A stretch of 64,000 bases of DNA. It comes from Camelus dromedarius (lineage: Eukaryota). The notes below the pieces were generated by a model. It was not told the origin of the DNA. It worked only from the letters and a program-made list of their open reading frames with translations, and did not search any database. The stretch is from NCBI RefSeq assembly GCF_036321535.1, contig NC_087472.1, forward strand, positions 92,630,001 through 92,694,000. The letters run 5' to 3'. A program made the translations under genes and the position numbers. This document shows positions 27,985-42,583 of the stretch, in pieces (the stretch's first letter is position 1; each line of letters opens with the position of its first letter).

Positions 27985-29290
27985 CATTCATTCATTCAAA
28001 GAGTTCTAATTCTGGGACAGGCAGAGCTCTAGACATTGGGAATACAATGGAGCTTATTTTTTACGGATGAAAATTAAGACAAAATCAGTAAATAAGTAAC
28101 ATAAGAAAGATTTTCCAGACTGTGAATCCCCCACCGACATTTATAATAGGTTTAAATGATTTACAGTGACTGGTAGCTACTTCAGTTTGGTCAGCAAAGT
28201 TATGTCTGAGTATCATTTGAGCTAAGACCTGAAAAACAAAAGAAAGCCCACATACTGAACATTTGAGGCAGGAACATTTCATGCAGGGAAACACCTAATG
28301 CAGAAAGACTCTAAGGCAAGAGACAGCTTGGCCTGAGGCTAGAGTGCAGCAGAAAAATAGAATGATGTGATGTAAAGTGCTAGGCAAGGGCCTGATCATG
28401 AAGAAATTTGAAAGCCAGGTTAAATAATTCAGATCTCTGTCTTTTGGTGATGGGATGTCATTAGAATAATAGAACAAATAATGTTCTATTAAAAGTTTAT
28501 TTCATTTTATTAAACGTTGTTTTAATAGAACAAATAATATTCTATTAAAAGTTTATTTCATCTGTAGAAGGGAACAGGGAAATTTAATTAGAGAGTGACA
28601 AAAGCAAAAAGACCTTATAAAAAATAATGGTGATAGCCTAGGTGAGAAACAATGGGGATATAAAATAGTGATAATGAAGAAAACACTGGAGAAATAGAGA
28701 GATTTAGGATACGAGCAGAGGTGAAAAGATTCACAGATTATATATGATGTTTATAAAAGCATTTATATATTTGACATTAGCCATTGGTTCATACTGATGC
28801 CATACTGGATAAGGTAGTTTGGAAAAGGAAAGGGCTGAGCAGGTTTCTTTGATACTTATCTTGGGAGGTCTGTTAGAGAAAATCAAGAGGTCTGTTTGGA
28901 CCATGTTAAACTTGAGATTCATATCAGATGCAAACTCCACTGGGTAGGTCAAGGAGACTGAGAAATACATTTCACGTTCAAGAGGGAAATTAGGATCAAG
29001 TACAAGAAATGTTGAGGGTCATTTGCATATAGTTGGCATTTAAAGCCACTAGACTGGATGAGTTATCCTGGAAAAAGTGTGAAGACAGGACCCACACTAA
29101 CATTTAGAGGTAGAGAAATGATAAGGAAAGTAGACTGAGATGGATGAAAGTGGATGAAAATTTATGCAGTTCATAAACTTTCCAGAAGAGAAGAGTTTCC
29201 AGAAGGATCAAGTGGTCAACTGTGCCAAATTCTGCTGAAGGATCAAGTACAGGAAGAACAGAGACATAGCACTGGATTTGGCACTCGTGT
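27985..29290. mobile_element. Degenerate L2 LINE
   Basis: cattcattcattca terminus; tttggaccatgttaaacttgaga, tttaaagccactagactggatgag, and gtcaactgtgccaaattctgctga motifs. Confidence 0.65.
28468..28561. repeat. Local tandem duplication of about 38 bp
   Basis: aatagaacaaataat(g/a)ttctattaaaagtttatttcat occurs twice. Confidence 0.85.
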
Positions 29291-29597
29291 ATTGAAATAT
29301 TAATAGATGAAAATGAATATATGTATGTTCATGTATGCATGAAGCTTTATGCTGTACAACAGAAATTGACACATTGTAAACTGACATTGTATTCCTCAAT
29401 AAAATATATATATACAATATTAATTGAATATTTTTAGGAAAAACAGCATGTAAAATGTGAAACTGATTGTTGTCATAGATAACTTGGATCCCCAAAAGCT
29501 TCTATAAATCTCAAAACAGCATGTTATGTTTTTAGAAGTTTATCTAAACAAAATGGACAAAACCCTGGAAGAAATAACTAACACTTGAGGAGAAAAA

Positions 29598-29790
29598 TGC
29601 TGTTCAACAGAACGTTCTGTAGTAATAGAAATGTCTTTTTATGCTGTTCAATATAGTATCCACTAAGCATCCAGGGCTACTGAGCATTGAATGTGGCTAA
29701 TGTAGCAGATGAAATACATTTTCTATTTTTTAACTATAATAAATTTAAATAGCAACAGGTAGCTAACAACTACCTACTAAATAGCTAAGC
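29598..29790. mobile_element. MER3-like DNA element
   Basis: gctgttcaacagaacgttctg...gctgttcaatatagtatccact...ggctactgagcattgaatgtggcta. Confidence 0.7.
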
Positions 29791-30769
29791 TATAGAATCA
29801 CCTATCCATCTCCCATCCACCTCTAGGTACTTGTTAGTTATTTGAAAAGCACAGAGTTTGAATATCAAAGATCAGCAAAATAGACTTCCTTCAGTTATTT
29901 AGTTTAGTTTGGTGGGTTTAAAACCTTAATAGGCTTCATAATTACTGTACAGAGTTGTATATACAAAAAAACATAAATTCTGACCAGGCAATTCAGAAGA
30001 TTTTCTATGGTAATTTTAACTACCAGCAGTTTTCACATTATAAATGATAAATTCAGGTTAAAACCTGATTCTCCACTCCCTCACCATCTCAACACTATAA
30101 TATGCTGAGAATTGACTTCAACAACGAATACAGAAATATTTGGCAAAAAGAGATGAATCAGGTGGAGAGTACTGTCATGTACCATGAATGATACAGCCTA
30201 CCAAATTAGAAATACAAAGTTAATTTTATATAATCATCTTCTCATTAGGAAATTTTAAATATTCATTTCAACATATTAATCTGCTTTATCGTGGTATTAA
30301 AATTAATATTTAAATATTAATATGTCCTCCTAGCAATTAAGTCATACGGCAATTTTAAAACACCGCTAACAACCCTTAGAAATGCAACCAAAATTCAAGT
30401 ATTTGGTGGACCGGCAAACTATCTTCCTTGTTCACATCAATTTTTTAAATGTTTCCATAAAGAACATAATGAAATGAAAAAAAAAAAAAAAACTTCCCAA
30501 CTGGTAGTCTACTAAGCATCAAAACAGCAGAAGTAATCTGTAGCAACATTTGTTATGATAAACAAAAGCCCCATTAATATCACCATAAAGGATATGAGAA
30601 AATGAAATGACCTGAGAGAAATTTCACATTTGCTTCTTTGAAATTAAAAGTAACCTATTTCCCTCATTTAGATATTCCAATAGTACACATGAAATTTACT
30701 TTTTCATTTCTATTTTCAGGTTTTTCTTATTAAAATTGTTGTATTCCCAACATGCACCTAACCTCCTAC

Positions 30770-30977
30770 CAGAGGGTGCTTCACAAGAGAGCTATATGAA
30801 CCTTGTCTTCATAAATTTAGAATCTCTTTCGTTTTCCAGGATATGTATTTGGACATGCATTCTTTGAAAATTTTAAAGACAAGATCCCTTCATAGTGCTT
30901 TGCCTAAATTTTGTTTATCAATCTGGTAGCCCAGGGCCTGTGGATACCTCTGGGAATACTTCATAAGCCTCATAATT
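30770..30977 (-). pseudogene. Pseudo-exon (motor: N..cidLi / P.GilsLlDee / F.i.HYAG.V.Y)
   Basis: catacag|...|gtagga; NYEAYEVF / QRYPQALGYQIDKQNLGKAL*RDLVFKIFKEC / F*IYEDKV across frameshifts. Confidence 0.65.
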
Positions 30978-32142
30978 CTGTATGTCACTTAGTATTCGTA
31001 GATAGAATAAAAATATGGTTCACATGTACTTGTATTCACACATATTCTTTATCATGTGTTAATTGGTATTGTAATTAGTGACATTCCAATTAGTTTCAAG
31101 AGGTACTGAATTGTTTTCTTTATGCATTCTCTCCACATATGGTTATTAACACTTAAGCTGTTAATACATGCAATCTTTTTAAAAAATTATTATTAAAATG
31201 GAGTCCTAATGTTTTTAAAAATTCAGTAAACTAAATGGTGTAACACAGATTCTTTTTCAAATGTTGGTATAGTAAACAGGATCAATTCCAACATGTAGTC
31301 TAACTACACTTTACCAAAATTTTAAAGAAAGCAGTTACATTTTGCTGTTCTTATTTTTAGTGAGGGAGCTATGAATTGAAGATTTGCATATATGAATCAT
31401 TGGGAGAAGACAACATGTTCAACTAGAGACCCCTCCCAAAGACCAATGATAGGAATGGTGCTGCCAAGTATTAATTTCATTTGTTGGACTATTACATAAC
31501 CTCTTTAAAGTACCCTGCCCATGGCTGTGAAGTGACCATGCCATTTAGAAGCCTATTACTATCCTCAAACAATCAAGATAAAGCTATCTAATATCAAGAG
31601 TTTAGTAACAATATCTTTTCACTGATAAATTATTTCCTGAATTCAAAGGGAATTTTACTTATGAATCTAAAGGTAAAACTGATTCTTTACAGCATTCAAA
31701 TTGAAAATGCTATCAAATGTACCCAAGGATGTCTAAAGCGTTAAGGAAATTGTTTAGTAACAAGTGGAAGATAATGGATCCATTAATAACAGAAACTAAA
31801 GAACAATCATCTTTAAACTTTAACATATTACATAATAACTTAAATTGTGAACAAAGGTTCTATTTTTCCTACTCAATTAAAAAATCATTATTACATGATT
31901 TCCAGACCAAAAAGAACATAATTTTTGTGAATGTAAGAGACTTTGATGAAGCATGGATACTTACACTATTTTAATAGTCTTTACAGAACTTTAATAAAGC
32001 ACAATTTAAGCTTTTCCCCACATTTTATTACAGAAATTTTCAAACACACAGAAAAGTTGAAAGAATTGTACAGCAGATATCCATATACTAACCATCTAGA
32101 TTGTACAAGTAACATTTTACTATACTTGCTTTATCACATATT

Positions 32143-32955
32143 CAGTAGTTCCCCCTTAACTGAAGGGGCTATGTTCTAAGACCCCCAGTGGATACCTGAA
32201 ACCACAGATAGTACTAAATCCTATATATTTTTTCCTATACATACACACCTATAATAAGGTTTAATTTATAAATTAGGCACAGAGATTACCAACAATAACT
32301 AATAATAAAATAAAACAATTTATAACAATACACTATAATAAAAGTTACGTGAATGTGGTCAGTCTCTCTCAAAATATCTTAACTGTACACATTTAATGCC
32401 TTTTCTAAGCAGTTATCATGCACTGTGGCCATAACTTTTGCAGTTTGAAGTCCAACAGCAAAACTACCATGAATTTCGTTTCCCTTCTTCACAATTTCAC
32501 ATATAGAAGATTCACTCCTACTGTAGATCTTAGCAACCTCAGCATACAATTTCTTTTCTTTCCTTACTGAGAACTTTTACCTTTCCACTACATCTTCCCT
32601 TTGGCATATCTAAATTGCCAGCATCACTACTCTTGTGCTTTGGGGCCATTATTAAGTAAAATAAGGGTTACTTGAACACAAGCACTGCGATACTTGGTTA
32701 TAGGAGATAGTCCGCCCTATAACCAAGACGGCTACTAGGTGTGATACGCTGGACAAAGGGATGATCACATACCAGGCAGGACACAGAGGGACAGCAGGAG
32801 ATTTTATCAGGCAACTTGAAATGGCACACAGTTTAAAACTTAAGAATTGTTTATTTCTGGAAGTTTCCATGTAATATTTTTACACCGCATTTGACCTCGG
32901 GGTAACTGAAAGCGAGGAAAGTAAAATCACGGAGAAGGGGTGGGGGAACTACTCT
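32143..32955. mobile_element. MER44/Tigger7-type element inserted into an old L1 3' end
   Basis: TIR-like ends cagtagttccccctt... / ...ggggaactactcta; the L1-like sequence resumes on both sides. Confidence 0.75.
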
Positions 32956-33138
32956 ACATGTATATTCATCTATTCATCCCTCCATCCATCACATTTTACT
33001 TCAGTGTAAGTTGCAGACATTGGTACTCTTTACCCTTAAACATTTCAGCATGCATGTCATTAACTAGCGTTCAATATCCTTGCTTTTTAAATGCAAATCT
33101 TACATACAACCAAAGGCATAAATTTTAAATGTACCATT

Positions 33139-33642
33139 TGTGTGGCTGAACCACACTGACTCCATTTTGTCAGTTCCATCTTAGGCCCTCAGTCCTACCC
33201 ACCCCCCTTTCTGTGTAACTGAGCTTTAGCCTACTCACGAGGAATATGCCAAAGCCAGATAAATTCCCTATCAACTTGTACCCTTGCCTGCATCTGATAT
33301 GAAAACTGGAAGAATGCCTTTTGCTGACACAGATGGTTTATGGTCAAGAGACCCCTGGGGGCAGGGGGAAAAACCCAATTTTCAGTGGTGCCAACATGCT
33401 TCTCATTTAGTAATCAGAGATTCTATTTTTGCATTTGGCCCCTTTCAATCCCCCTGTACCCCTTTCTACATTACAGAGTGCAATTGTAAATGCCTCTGAA
33501 TTATCATCCGCCCGATCTTTCTCTATGTGAGTTACCCATAGTAAACTTCATAATCACACTTCATGGCTACCTGCTTCATTTTTTGGTCTCAAAGTTCCTT
33601 CTCAGTTTGGAGGATATTATTCAATATCTCTGTCTCCAACAT
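33139..33642 (+). mobile_element. Solo ERV LTR
   Basis: TG...CA ends, ctccattttg start motif, agtaaa polyA-like signal near the 3' end; it interrupts an old L1. Confidence 0.6.
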
Positions 33643-34236
33643 CAGTCCATGAATTTTGACAATCTAGTGTGATTTTTATTCATTGGCATTTGGTTGGCAC
33701 ATAAATCAAAATGAAAGTTGATAATAAATAATACTATGCTATCAATCTGTTATTTTTACTCCTGGAGTAATCCAAACGTTTCCACAGAAAGTAAATTTAC
33801 TCTCAACCATTTAATTTAGGAGATTTATAGGTCACATTTACCATGGAACACTTAAGAAATACATAATAACCACAAGAAGTACCCTCAGTGTTTAATTATA
33901 ATATATATTTTTCAAATGTCATGATTTTAAATTCTAGTAAAATATACTAGAATAAACTTTTCAAGTGCAGACTTCAGAGTTAATCAAGAATACAGTCTTC
34001 TTTTATAAATAGTAGATAATATCAGTTTAGTCATTCAAAAAAGTATTTCAACTAATTCTTTGATAATTGTCTTCCCAGAGTTTCCAACTCTTGGGGACTG
34101 ATCCAACTGACAGGGAGCTCAGAGCAAAGATGGTTTGAAATGACCAATTCCTGATCAAACTATTTATTTTTTAAAAACTCCGAAGGAATATAAAAAAGAT
34201 GACCTATTTCTGAATTGAATCAAGCAACAATTATAC

Positions 34237-34371
34237 CTGGCAAAGGAAAAAGTATTTCATGACTGAAAACAGTGGCAACATTTTTTAATTTCAGCAAAAA
34301 AAGGGATTTTGTGAGTTCTTTACTTTCTGCATTGGCAAGTGTATTTGCTACATGCTGAGGGTGGAAAGTTC
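34237..34371 (-). pseudogene. Pseudo-exon (motor: relay-helix-like)
   Basis: ccaaatag|...CCAG|gtataa; HVANTLANAESKELTKSLF / FFAEIKKC parallels [26 protein letters not shown]. Confidence 0.55.
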
Positions 34372-37077
34372 CTATTTGGCTTCTTTTGAAGAAGGAATGC
34401 ACACACAGATTTCACATTGCATGACTGTGCTGCCCAAATGACAAGCACTCAGTTTGCCACCATTGGAGGTTTATGACCATTTTGCTGTTGAAATGTGGTA
34501 CTAGGTTTTTGAACTACGTAAATCACATTATTGGTTTTGATCCTCTGCATTAGAAGGAAACTTAACAACCTGGTTTCAAACTACTTCTTGTACAAGAAAC
34601 CAAGGTTGTGAGACATATGAGTTACTCAACAAAGTACCTCCTCGGATAACAGCACAATGACTTCCAATCTCATCTAACTTCTGAGAGTGTTTTTCTTCTG
34701 TTACGATGCTAGAAAGCTACTTGGGTCTCATATCTTACAAAGAGAAAAAGCAAAGACACCATACCATATATAAAACTTCTGCTTACAAATTAAAAACTTT
34801 TGTTTACAAATTAAAAATGTTCAGAATATTTGACACCTACTTAGCACCTTAGTCTTGGGCTCAGCAGGAAAGGGGATTTAAAAATGTTTAGTGGCCACAT
34901 TTTAGGTGGGGTCAAATGCATGCATATAAAAACACAAGGAAATACATATAAATGTAAAAATTGAGGTAGTATAAAGGAATCAAGGTTAAATGCCTTCACA
35001 GAGGATTTAGGCATTTCACACTGAATTTATACACAAGTAGTACCTAAAACTGAATACAATTTATATCCAGTGAAATCTTAAGATGCAAATAGACCTAATT
35101 TATATTTGCAAGTCTAGACACACTTAAAATAGTGAGTCTTTAATGAATACAGTAATTTTTTTAAAACTTCCTTAAAATATAGAAAGACTAGCTCCTTTTT
35201 TTGAAACTATACATATCCTGGGCTATACCACTCTTTTAACAAAAATGCTATATTTCACTTAACATTACATTCTTGCCTACATGAACCATGGAAGTAGGGG
35301 GAAAGGGAAGATGGAAGGAAAAAAGCAACTTCTTGTTTCTTCTTAGTCATTGACCATTACATCACAATCTAAAGTAAGTTTTCTTTACAGAAAATCTATT
35401 AACAGGATCATAAAATAAAATCTCACAACTATAAGGACTTGTTCACGCCAAACCAAGTCTTTTATCTTAGGAAAACTGTTAACTTGTATTAGTTGAGCCC
35501 AATTTAATACATCGTTAGTGGCTGAAATACCCATAGGTTCCCTATGAATCAGTTATCTCTTTTCAACAGTGCCAGCAGTGCTTCTTTATTTTTGACTTTA
35601 TAAAATTAACTAAAGGATTAAATGAAAAGAATTAAACCCACAATGTGAATTCAAATACACTGTTGGCAAAACACTCTGCCAAGAGTAGGCAGGAAAATAC
35701 TGACTTAACTTGAAGGCCCCCCCCCCTTCCTTTTTCCTCCAACTTGCTTTCTCTGCAGTTTGAATCCCATGTTAGCTTGTCCCCAGGGCAGGTGGTTTCC
35801 TTGAAATAGGTGGCCACATCAAGTTGGTTTTTAGTGATAAATAGAAAAAAGAGAGGGGCAAGGAGGAAGAGAAAAAAGTGGGAATGGGGCTCCCATCAAA
35901 CAGGGCATATACTTTCCAGTAATTTTAGAAATCTTTTGGTTTAACCTTGCACTATCTTAGAATTGCCTAATTTTAAGAATTACCTTTTTTTCTCCCATTG
36001 TAACATTTTGAAAATCAGGTTGCCTCTTATAATTAATATCTCCCATCTCATATAATGGTTATTTCTCTCAAAACTATGATTTAAATAGTGGTACAATCCA
36101 ATTAAAGAACTATGGGTATTCAACTTTAATCTTTAAATTACAGCCTGTCTCAACTCCACCAACTTTAGAAACTCATCTGTTGCTCATTTTTTCACTCCTG
36201 TTCCCAGATGAATCCACATGACCTTTAGCTGAGTTGCAAGGGAACTTTTTGCTCCTCTCTTGACATTGTAGTCACAGTCCCATCCTCAAGCAAGGCACTT
36301 TGGCCCCCTCTACTTCCATCTTATCACCTGCCTTGCTCAAGAAGGTAGCATCCCTATTCTTATTGGTCAGAAACTGACATGCAAGGAGCTAGAATTTATT
36401 ACTGGATTGGGTCAGTTTCTCTCAATGTAAGAACCAGGCCAGGGAAGTTCTCTTCTTCAAATACATATAGGGTAATGCCTCTGTTTGTATAAACCATGGA
36501 GAAACTGCTAAAGATGAGAGCTGCCTACTCACTGTGGTTTATCATCAGCCACTGCTGGCCCATTTGTCTTCAGTTAATGGGCAGACAGCAGAAGGCCTTA
36601 TTTCAGGCCCAGGCCGAGCAGTTCGCTCTCTTGGTCCAGCTATTGTTAACAGAGTCTCGCATTCTGGTAGGTATTGGATGACTGCCAGAAATAAATAAAT
36701 CAAGTGATTTGGTCACCATTTAGCTATCAGCGTTCTGTGTATAAGTTTTGAAGGAAGAATGGTTAAGTGTTAGCCTGGAAACCACAACATCCAAAACTAC
36801 AAATGCTGCAAGTTTAGTAGGGCTGTTTTTCCTCCCCACCAACCCCTGCTGTGCTGTGGTGGTTTAAAAAAGGGTTTTATACACATTTATATCTCTAAGT
36901 GAGAAAAACAGTACTTTTCAGGCTGAATGACGTCTGAAAGACAACACTGCTACTTCCTTATTAGGAGCAACTCCACTGCAAATACCCACATCATTGAAAC
37001 TGTCATTAGTGGGGCAAGCTAGGAAGATTTGGAGGAGCAATATAGGTCAAATAATGCATCAGATCAACCCTCAAATG

Positions 37078-37473
37078 TGTTAAAACAAAGACAACAAGCC
37101 CAAAATGGAGTCACTTGTTCTAAGCCCAAGTCACCAAAGCAAGACTTAATACCTAACTAACCTAACTGTAGTTTCAACCTCCTCCAGGAATGTAACCTTT
37201 AACCAGTCAACCTGGAATAACTTGGTCAGCACTAGCGAGATAATCTGCCAGATAAAACCCCTCCATCCCTCATAGGAGGGTGACTTTGCTCGAAACAACG
37301 CATTCTTTGTTCATAAATCCCTTTTCTGCCCTCTTTCTGCCTTTAAAAACCTTTCCTACAGCTCAGCAGAGCTTGATTCTATCTGCTAGATGGGATGCTG
37401 GCTGATTCATGAATCATTTAATAAAGCCAATTTGATCTTTAAATTTACTCAGTTGAATTTTTGTTATTTAACA
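37078..37473 (+). mobile_element. Solo ERV1-type LTR
   Basis: tgttaaaac...cccaaaatggagtcact...aataaagccaatt...tttaaca; TG...CA ends with AATAAA. Confidence 0.75.
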
Positions 37474-38009
37474 ACTAAATAGAAAAAAGCTGGTTTTACA
37501 TCTTAACAGAGTACCATATTTTAATCCCATTTAAGAATGATTTGCATTTAAAAATATAGGTGTTGAGGAAGTTGGTGAGATTTATAAGAAAATAGCTCTG
37601 TGAAAAGGCTGATTCAAAAAGAAATGACAGACCTATTAGGTGCACAAAAAAAGAGAAGGCAAAAGAATTCTCTGATATTGCATACTGCATCTCCAAAAAG
37701 ACCAGGCATTAGAATTAAATTTTTTTCTCTTCACATTTTTAGTCTGGATAATGCAATTTATTGTCTGGCACTTCAGTAATATAAGACAAATTTAAATAAT
37801 TATACATGCAAATATGTAAAGCTAACCAAGCAAAGAGAAATATATTTAAACTTGATAAATTTTTCTTGGGTCTGAAAATCTAATAGCATTCTTGCCCCTA
37901 GTATATTCATATGGTTATTTAGATATATTTTCTAAAAATAATTTGCACTGTAGAATTTAAGCATATTTGTCAGCTACACTATCCATGTTTTTGGTACCAT
38001 TTGTGCATC

Positions 38010-38230
38010 TATCCCTTACTAATGTTTATTATGTGTCAGTCACTAGCCTAAGTCTTTTTCATAGATGGCTTTATATAAACAACAATTTTACAAGGTAAAT
38101 GTTTTTATCCCTATTTCTAGATGAGGAAACTGATATTCAGAAAGAATAAATATCTTATTCAAAGTTCAAATGCCTGGTAAGTGGCAGAGCCAGAATTCAA
38201 ACACAAGTTTGATTCCAAAGTCAATACTTT
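38010..38230. mobile_element. MIR SINE
   Basis: ctatttctagatgaggaaactga...ggtaagtggcagagccagaattcaaac core. Confidence 0.75.
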
Positions 38231-41200
38231 AATGAGAATATAATGCTAATTTTGTTGAAGAGTCATTTTCAGAGACCTGATAAATGTTTGTAACAGCGCA
38301 TTTATAAACTATGACTACAGAGAGCAGTTGGGTGTCCCACACACATACAAACAGCAAAGCAGCACTGAAGGAAGGGATCACAGTCAGATATATAATGCCT
38401 TGTGAAATAAGTTAATAAGGGCTGAAACACTGTATGCTTGATGAAATAAACTTCGTAAGGACAACAGACATTAACAGCTGTTCAAGTCTTGTTCATGTTC
38501 CTGTAGGCAAGTATATCACACCCTCAGTTATTGAGCACATGTGGTGCTCCTGTAGTAACTTTCATCTCATTTACACCAAGAGAGTAAATAAGTATTCCTA
38601 GACTTCAGCAAGAACAGCCTAACTTTATCCCCATAAACATTCTTGCCTCATAGTCACCATTTAGTAACAAAAGTTATTTTCCTAAAAATAAAATTTTTAA
38701 ATGCTAATTTCCTTCTTCAAATATTATAGGGCCTTCCCATTGCACTTACAGTTCCAAGAAGTTTAAAGCCTTCCCCTAGGTTTCACGTGAACTACAACCT
38801 ATGTATATAGACCAAGCTCTCTTTCCTGAGCTCACCTTCAGCCCTAATAACTTCCCTTCTGTTGCCTTCCTTGACTTTTGCTCAGGCTTCCCCATTAACA
38901 GGAATGCTTCATCCTAAGTCTTTTCTTAGCAAACATCTATTTGGTATCAAGTCTCTGTTCTAAAGTTCAGGGAAGTTTCCTTGATTCTTGATAAACAATT
39001 CCTTGGAAATCTTAACAAAAAGTTAATCATCCCTGTTTTCCCTTTCATAGCATTCTGTACTTGTCCTTCCCAGGGCCTACGTGAACTATAGTGGAAGAAG
39101 AGGATGTGACCAGGCCCTCAACTAGTTGAAAGAGTTGCTCCAGAAAAGTAACAAATACTTTAATCTCCTTAATCTGTAAAATCTTGAAAAGCTTAACTTG
39201 CATGGGGTATTGAGTCTGTTAATGCAAATTCTCACAATTTTATTGGTAGCCTCTATTTCATATGAAAATGTATTCATTTTGTTTAAATTTCAATTTATTT
39301 AATTGTTTTGGCCACTATCATCAAGAAAGAAGAATTTGTTTCTTTCTGAGAAAATATATTTGGTCCTCTAATTTTTGTTTCAGTATGATATTTTTTCATG
39401 AGAATTATCGAAGTATTTTATATTATTAGTGTTAAAAGGAGATACTCAATATAGTAAGATATAGTGACTAATACTGTTTGTAGAAAGAAGAAAATTACTC
39501 ATGGAAAAAGTGGCATTTGCCAGAAGTGACAGCTTGTCAAGTTGACTGTCAATATGTTTAAAGAAAATATTCCTATAAAAAGGAAGTCACGAGGGACAAC
39601 AGCAAAACAGGAGTCATAATTTTGAAAGTCAAATTTTTTTTCAATGCCCTCAGACAGATGGAACTCAATTCTACCATTTAAAAAAGTAATCTCATAAATT
39701 TAAAATATCTATACATTTATTTAAACATGGGTGAGAAACTCTAGAAAAGAAAAATCTAAGTGAAAAATTAAGTAAGTTCCAGAGGTGAAGGTGATGATTT
39801 CACCTTATGAATCTACTTAATATCACAGAACTATACACTTTAAATAGTAAAAATGGTAAATTTTAAGTTATGTATATCACACCGCAATTTAAAAAATAAA
39901 AACAGTAATTTAAAAACTATTATCACATAACCATCTGGAAATCCACAGGCAGAGACTTCCATCCCAGGTGCAGTGTATCTGAAATGCACGCTGGTGAAGT
40001 GTTGGATGACAAGTATTGCCTTAACCTTTGAAAAATCTCCAAAGATTTGGTTATGCCTCCTTTTCACCCCTACTAAGAATCACTGTACTTAAACCATCAT
40101 TACAGCCCACGATTATTGCAATCCAAAAGTTACTTAGTCTCAATAATTTCGTATAGGCACTAGGTTTACTTTGAACTAAAAATTCAAAACCTATAATATT
40201 GTTGATCTCAGATTATACAAATCACGTATCATATCATATCATAGTTGAGTTGTGTTAACATTTTTCCTTGCCACAACATCATTTAAGACAGTTGGTTCAT
40301 ATGAGGCTGATTTTGTTTTAAAGATATAGTAGAGACACAGCTTTTATATTTTCTTTTCTGTGTCAAGAAATAAAGCACATTCCACTAATAATGCATCCTC
40401 CCTCAGGCAATGAAGACAGACTTGTTCAAGTTAAAATACATTCTGATGAGGTTATGGTCTTGGCCTCATGCTTCAACATCGAAGTACTATCATTCCATAG
40501 TGGAAAAAATAATGGTGTTTATCACAAAGGACCCAAGGAAAAGGAGTTTCGGTAGAGAAAACAAACAAACCCCAATGCTTATATTCTGGTTCAAACAATG
40601 ATTATGAACATGGTCAGTGGGTCTGAGGAACAAGTTAAAGAAAAATTATTCCAGATCTAAGTCATAATTAATCGAAGGTCCCTGAAATATAAATGGTAGC
40701 TTAAAAATCAGAACAACACAGATTAAAAATATAGTGATCTGGCTCTGAGTATCAGATGAGATTGATCTTTAAAATCCCCTGCGGATCTATGAAACTCACC
40801 CAGGTAATGCATCATCTGGGCTTCAAAGCCTTGCTGTTCCAAGCATCATCTGTTGATCAGCTGCATGGAAAATATCTGATAATTTGGTTGAAATACAGAC
40901 GGCTCAATCTCTACCACAGGCCAAATGAATCACAATCCCCATAATGAGCTCCCCAGATGCTTTCTACACAAATTAAAGTTTGAGATGTACAGCTCTAGCA
41001 CAGCTCTAAAGAACAGAGCAAACCATCCATTCATAGACTGTTAGAACCCAATAAAGGACTGCCCTTGGCTGGAATACCGGAGATAGTAGTCTTAACCTCC
41101 AGATTGGGCTCCTGATTATGTTAAACTTAAACGAAGCTGTGACTCTGGCTAAGGCAGAGCTTGTTACTACTCCTCGTAGGTGCACATTCATACATTGCTA

Positions 41201-42486
41201 ATGTATAATTTCTTGAATGGTGACATAAGCCCTGATAATGAAAAGCCAGTGTCCTAGCAAGAACTGAGCTTTCTAAGAATGGTGAGAGAAGATTTCTTGG
41301 AACTATTTGCCCCCGGGGGTCAAGGTGCATGCTCCATCTGCTCCTACTCTCTGTGCTTATTCTAGATATGATACTCTTGACTAAAATTAGAAACGTCATC
41401 TAATTTGATAGTGAGTGTTAGTGGGGGAAGAAATGTAGTCTCCTCCACACTAGTAATCACCCCATCAAAAACACTATATCCTCTAAAGTTGTACTTAATG
41501 TTTTCAGTGCTACTGATAAGCAACTGATTTCACTTGGTTCGTTATTAACAACTTGAAATTAATAACTATCAATGGTCTCTTTTTTTGCACTGTTCAAAAG
41601 TTTTGTTAGTTTTAATATCACTACCCGAGTTTTGAAAAATGGATATATTGACCAATAGATGCATGAAATATATCACTCTAATCATACTGTTGAGTGTTTA
41701 CAGGGTGCTGTTGAATCGGTATTTATTAATCACCTACTGTGTCATTTAATCCTCAGAAACTTATAGTCAAAATCCCTTTTACAGATAAGGGAGAGATACG
41801 GCAGAGAGCACAGGCCCTGGTAAACACTGCTGGGGTCAAATCTTGTCTCTATCATTCATTAAATGAGTAACCTCATCTAACAAACAAAGAAAACAGTGGT
41901 AATTTATGTCTAGTGTTGCTGGGAAGATTAAAAAACCCCACATATGTAAAGCATTTGCAACAGTGCTTGGGGTATTATAGGCATTTAAAAAATACTATTT
42001 TAAGCTACTCATCTAAGGAGAAACATTATTAGTATTGGGGCCAGGATGCAAAGAGAAGTCTGTGGGACTTTGGAGCCTGAGGGCTTACAATACATTGTAC
42101 TACTTACACTTTCCCTAATTCTTCCTAAAACACAATAAAATACTCTCCTTGTTAAGTGATTAATTTTTATTAATGGAAAGTTCATGATGTAAATATCTTC
42201 ATAGAATATATGAAGAATATCGCTTGCTGAGTTAACATGTTTTGCTAGCAGCAGCAACACTGAAACATCCATATCAACCTTGTTTGGCTAGCTGGAGTTA
42301 AATAATATCTAATATTTGCACACTGTGTTACAGTTTCAAAGTGTTTGAATAACAACTTTCGTATAGGTGAGATCGATATTTATATTCCTATTAAGTAGAT
42401 GGAGACATGAAGGCTTAAACGTTAAAGTTAAAAGTCTGAAATATCGTTGTGAAATTTCAAAGCAATTTATATCAAATTTTACTTAC

Positions 42487-42583
42487 CAAATGTTACCTTT
42501 GACATAAGAAGCAATAAGATATAAACTTGGTGAATTATTTAAGGCTTTTTGGGAAATAAAATGACAACAAGAATTGAGCTCAT
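42487..42583 (-). pseudogene. Pseudo-exon (motor, around expected switch-II position)
   Basis: aattttag|...|gtaagt; one frame is open (DELNSCCHFISQKALNNSPSLYLIASYVKGNI); no recognisable DIxGFE. Confidence 0.5.

Noticed and set aside
30840..30925. Plus-strand exon-like segment after tctctttcgttttccag
   Set aside because: Weak donor, no partner exons, and it overlaps the better-supported minus-strand exon.
30770..34371. Initial reading of these two exons as a DEP domain (HCFQS; LVFKIFKEC)
   Set aside because: Myosin motifs (NTLAN, PQALGYQIDKQ, YEDKV) fit better and are collinear with neighbouring exons; a better DEP match lies at 16786-17203.
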